A stretch of 44,253 bases of DNA from Bacteroidales bacterium (GTDB lineage Bacteria; Bacteroidota; Bacteroidia; Bacteroidales; 4484-276). The stretch covers positions 1 to 44,253 of the forward strand of contig JAIOZV010000001.1 of assembly GCA_021740425.1 (NCBI GenBank), in the 5' to 3' direction. Each line of letters begins with the position of its first letter. Within the stretch, counting starts at the first letter, position 1. Shown piece after piece: positions 43,475 through 44,253 of this stretch. The notes below the pieces were generated by a model that saw nothing but the letters and a program-made list of their open reading frames with translations, did not search any database and was not told where the DNA came from. The translations under genes and the position numbers were made by a program.

Positions 43475-44253
43475 TTATGCATTTTGTTCCAGGCGCTTTT
43501 TCTCAGCAAGCTTTTTAAGGATTTCATCCTGCACAGCTTTGGTAACGGGCAAATACTTCGAAAACTCCATTGAGTAATTGGCTCTGCCACTCGAAATATT
43601 TCGAAGGGTAGTGGCATATCCAAACATTTCCATCAGCGGCACGGTGCCATTCACTTTTTGGGAACCTTTGCGATGACGGCGCATGGATTCGATTTTGCCA
43701 CGACGCTTATTCAAATCTCCAACAATATTTCCAATGTAATCGTCGGGAACATTGATTTCAATTTTCATTACCGGCTCGAGAAGTACAGGATCGGCTTTCA
43801 TAAAGCCCTGCCTGAAAGCAATCGAAGCACAGGTTTGGAAGGCCATATCCGAGGAATCCACAGGGTGGAAACTTCCATCGAGCAACACCACTTTAACATC
43901 CAAAATTGGATATCCCGCAAGCACTCCACGTTCAAGGGTTTTCTTGATACCTTTGTTTACGGATGGGATAAATTCGTTGGGAATCACGCCGCCTTTGATG
44001 TGGTCAACAAACTCGTAGCCTTTGTCTTCGTTGGGTTCCAGGCGAATTACAGTATGCGCAAACTGGCCTTTACCGCCGGTTTGCTTGGAGTGTTTGTAAT
44101 TACCCACCGCCTCGCTTGTAATGGTTTCGCGATAAGCAACCGCCGGTTCACCCACGGTAACAGGAACGCCAAATTCATCCTTTATGCGATCAACAATAAT
44201 TTCCAGGTGCAATTCGCCCATTCCTGAAATAATAGTTTCCTCGGTTTCGTCAT
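43475..44253 (-). CDS. Elongation factor G family GTPase, C-terminal domains III-V (5' part beyond the right edge)
   Basis: ..DETEETIISGMGELHLEIIVDRIKDEFGVPVTVGEPAVAYRETI..GGKGQFAH..LAGYPILDVKVVLLDGSFHPVDSS..MFGYATTLRNISSGRANYSMEF. I confirmed that the frame stays open from 44221 to 44253. Confidence 0.88.
   Translation of the reverse strand, partial: DETEETIISGMGELHLEIIVDRIKDEFGVPVTVGEPAVAYRETITSEAVGNYKHSKQTGGKGQFAHTVIRLEPNEDKGYEFVDHIKGGVIPNEFIPSVNKGIKKTLERGVLAGYPILDVKVVLLDGSFHPVDSSDMAFQTCASIAFRQGFMKADPVLLEPVMKIEINVPDDYIGNIVGDLNKRRGKIESMRRHRKGSQKVNGTVPLMEMFGYATTLRNISSGRANYSMEFSKYLPVTKAVQDEILKKLAEKKRLEQNA

Noticed and set aside
1-44253. Window-wide scan for CRISPR arrays, rRNA or tRNA genes, transposases, integrases and prophage genes
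   Set aside because: I found no regularly spaced 25-40-bp repeats, no tRNA cloverleaf and no recombinase-like ORF. The only repeats are the 15-bp array at 4131, the cassette-flanking direct repeats and the short motif clusters reported above.

Overview
This 44.3-kb chromosomal window most likely comes from a Bacteroidota-type genome. That is an inference from several TAnnTTTG -7-type promoter boxes, no obvious Shine-Dalgarno sites, A-rich start contexts and the gene content. No BLAST or HMM search was possible and GC content was not computed. Most of the window is housekeeping. It holds a partial vWA protein (missing from the ORF track), fabG, an S41 peptidase, a rhomboid protease, a thiolase, a pstSCAB operon with a downstream porin, and a NarL-type two-component pair. 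It also holds an ADP-forming acetyl-CoA synthetase, a SAM methyltransferase, argS, mlaFE plus cvpA, sppA, folK, a deoxynucleoside kinase and a partial EF-G. Two blocks stand out. (1) At 16.1-21.5 kb there is a visibly AT-rich five-gene restriction-modification cassette with no integrase, bracketed by ~70-bp imperfect direct repeats. It is organised as HTH - m6A MTase - circularly permuted m5C MTase, converging on an HNH-type endonuclease - C-protein operon. The gene set matches what I recall of the Alw26I/Eco31I/Esp3I type IIS family, with the addition of two separate XRE-type controllers. (2) At 27.8-40.3 kb there is an 11-gene co-directional chemosensory cluster: STAS, CheY, CheA, CheW, one MCP, CheR, a REC-HisKA-HATPase-REC hybrid kinase, a kinase paralogue whose phospho-acceptor His is Asn, CheD and CheB, followed by a TPR-TM-class III adenylate cyclase. 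I cannot match this combination to a characterised pathway, so it is my best candidate for an undescribed signalling system (a Che-like input feeding a phosphorelay, partner switching and/or cAMP). No rRNA, tRNA, CRISPR array or transposase was recognised.
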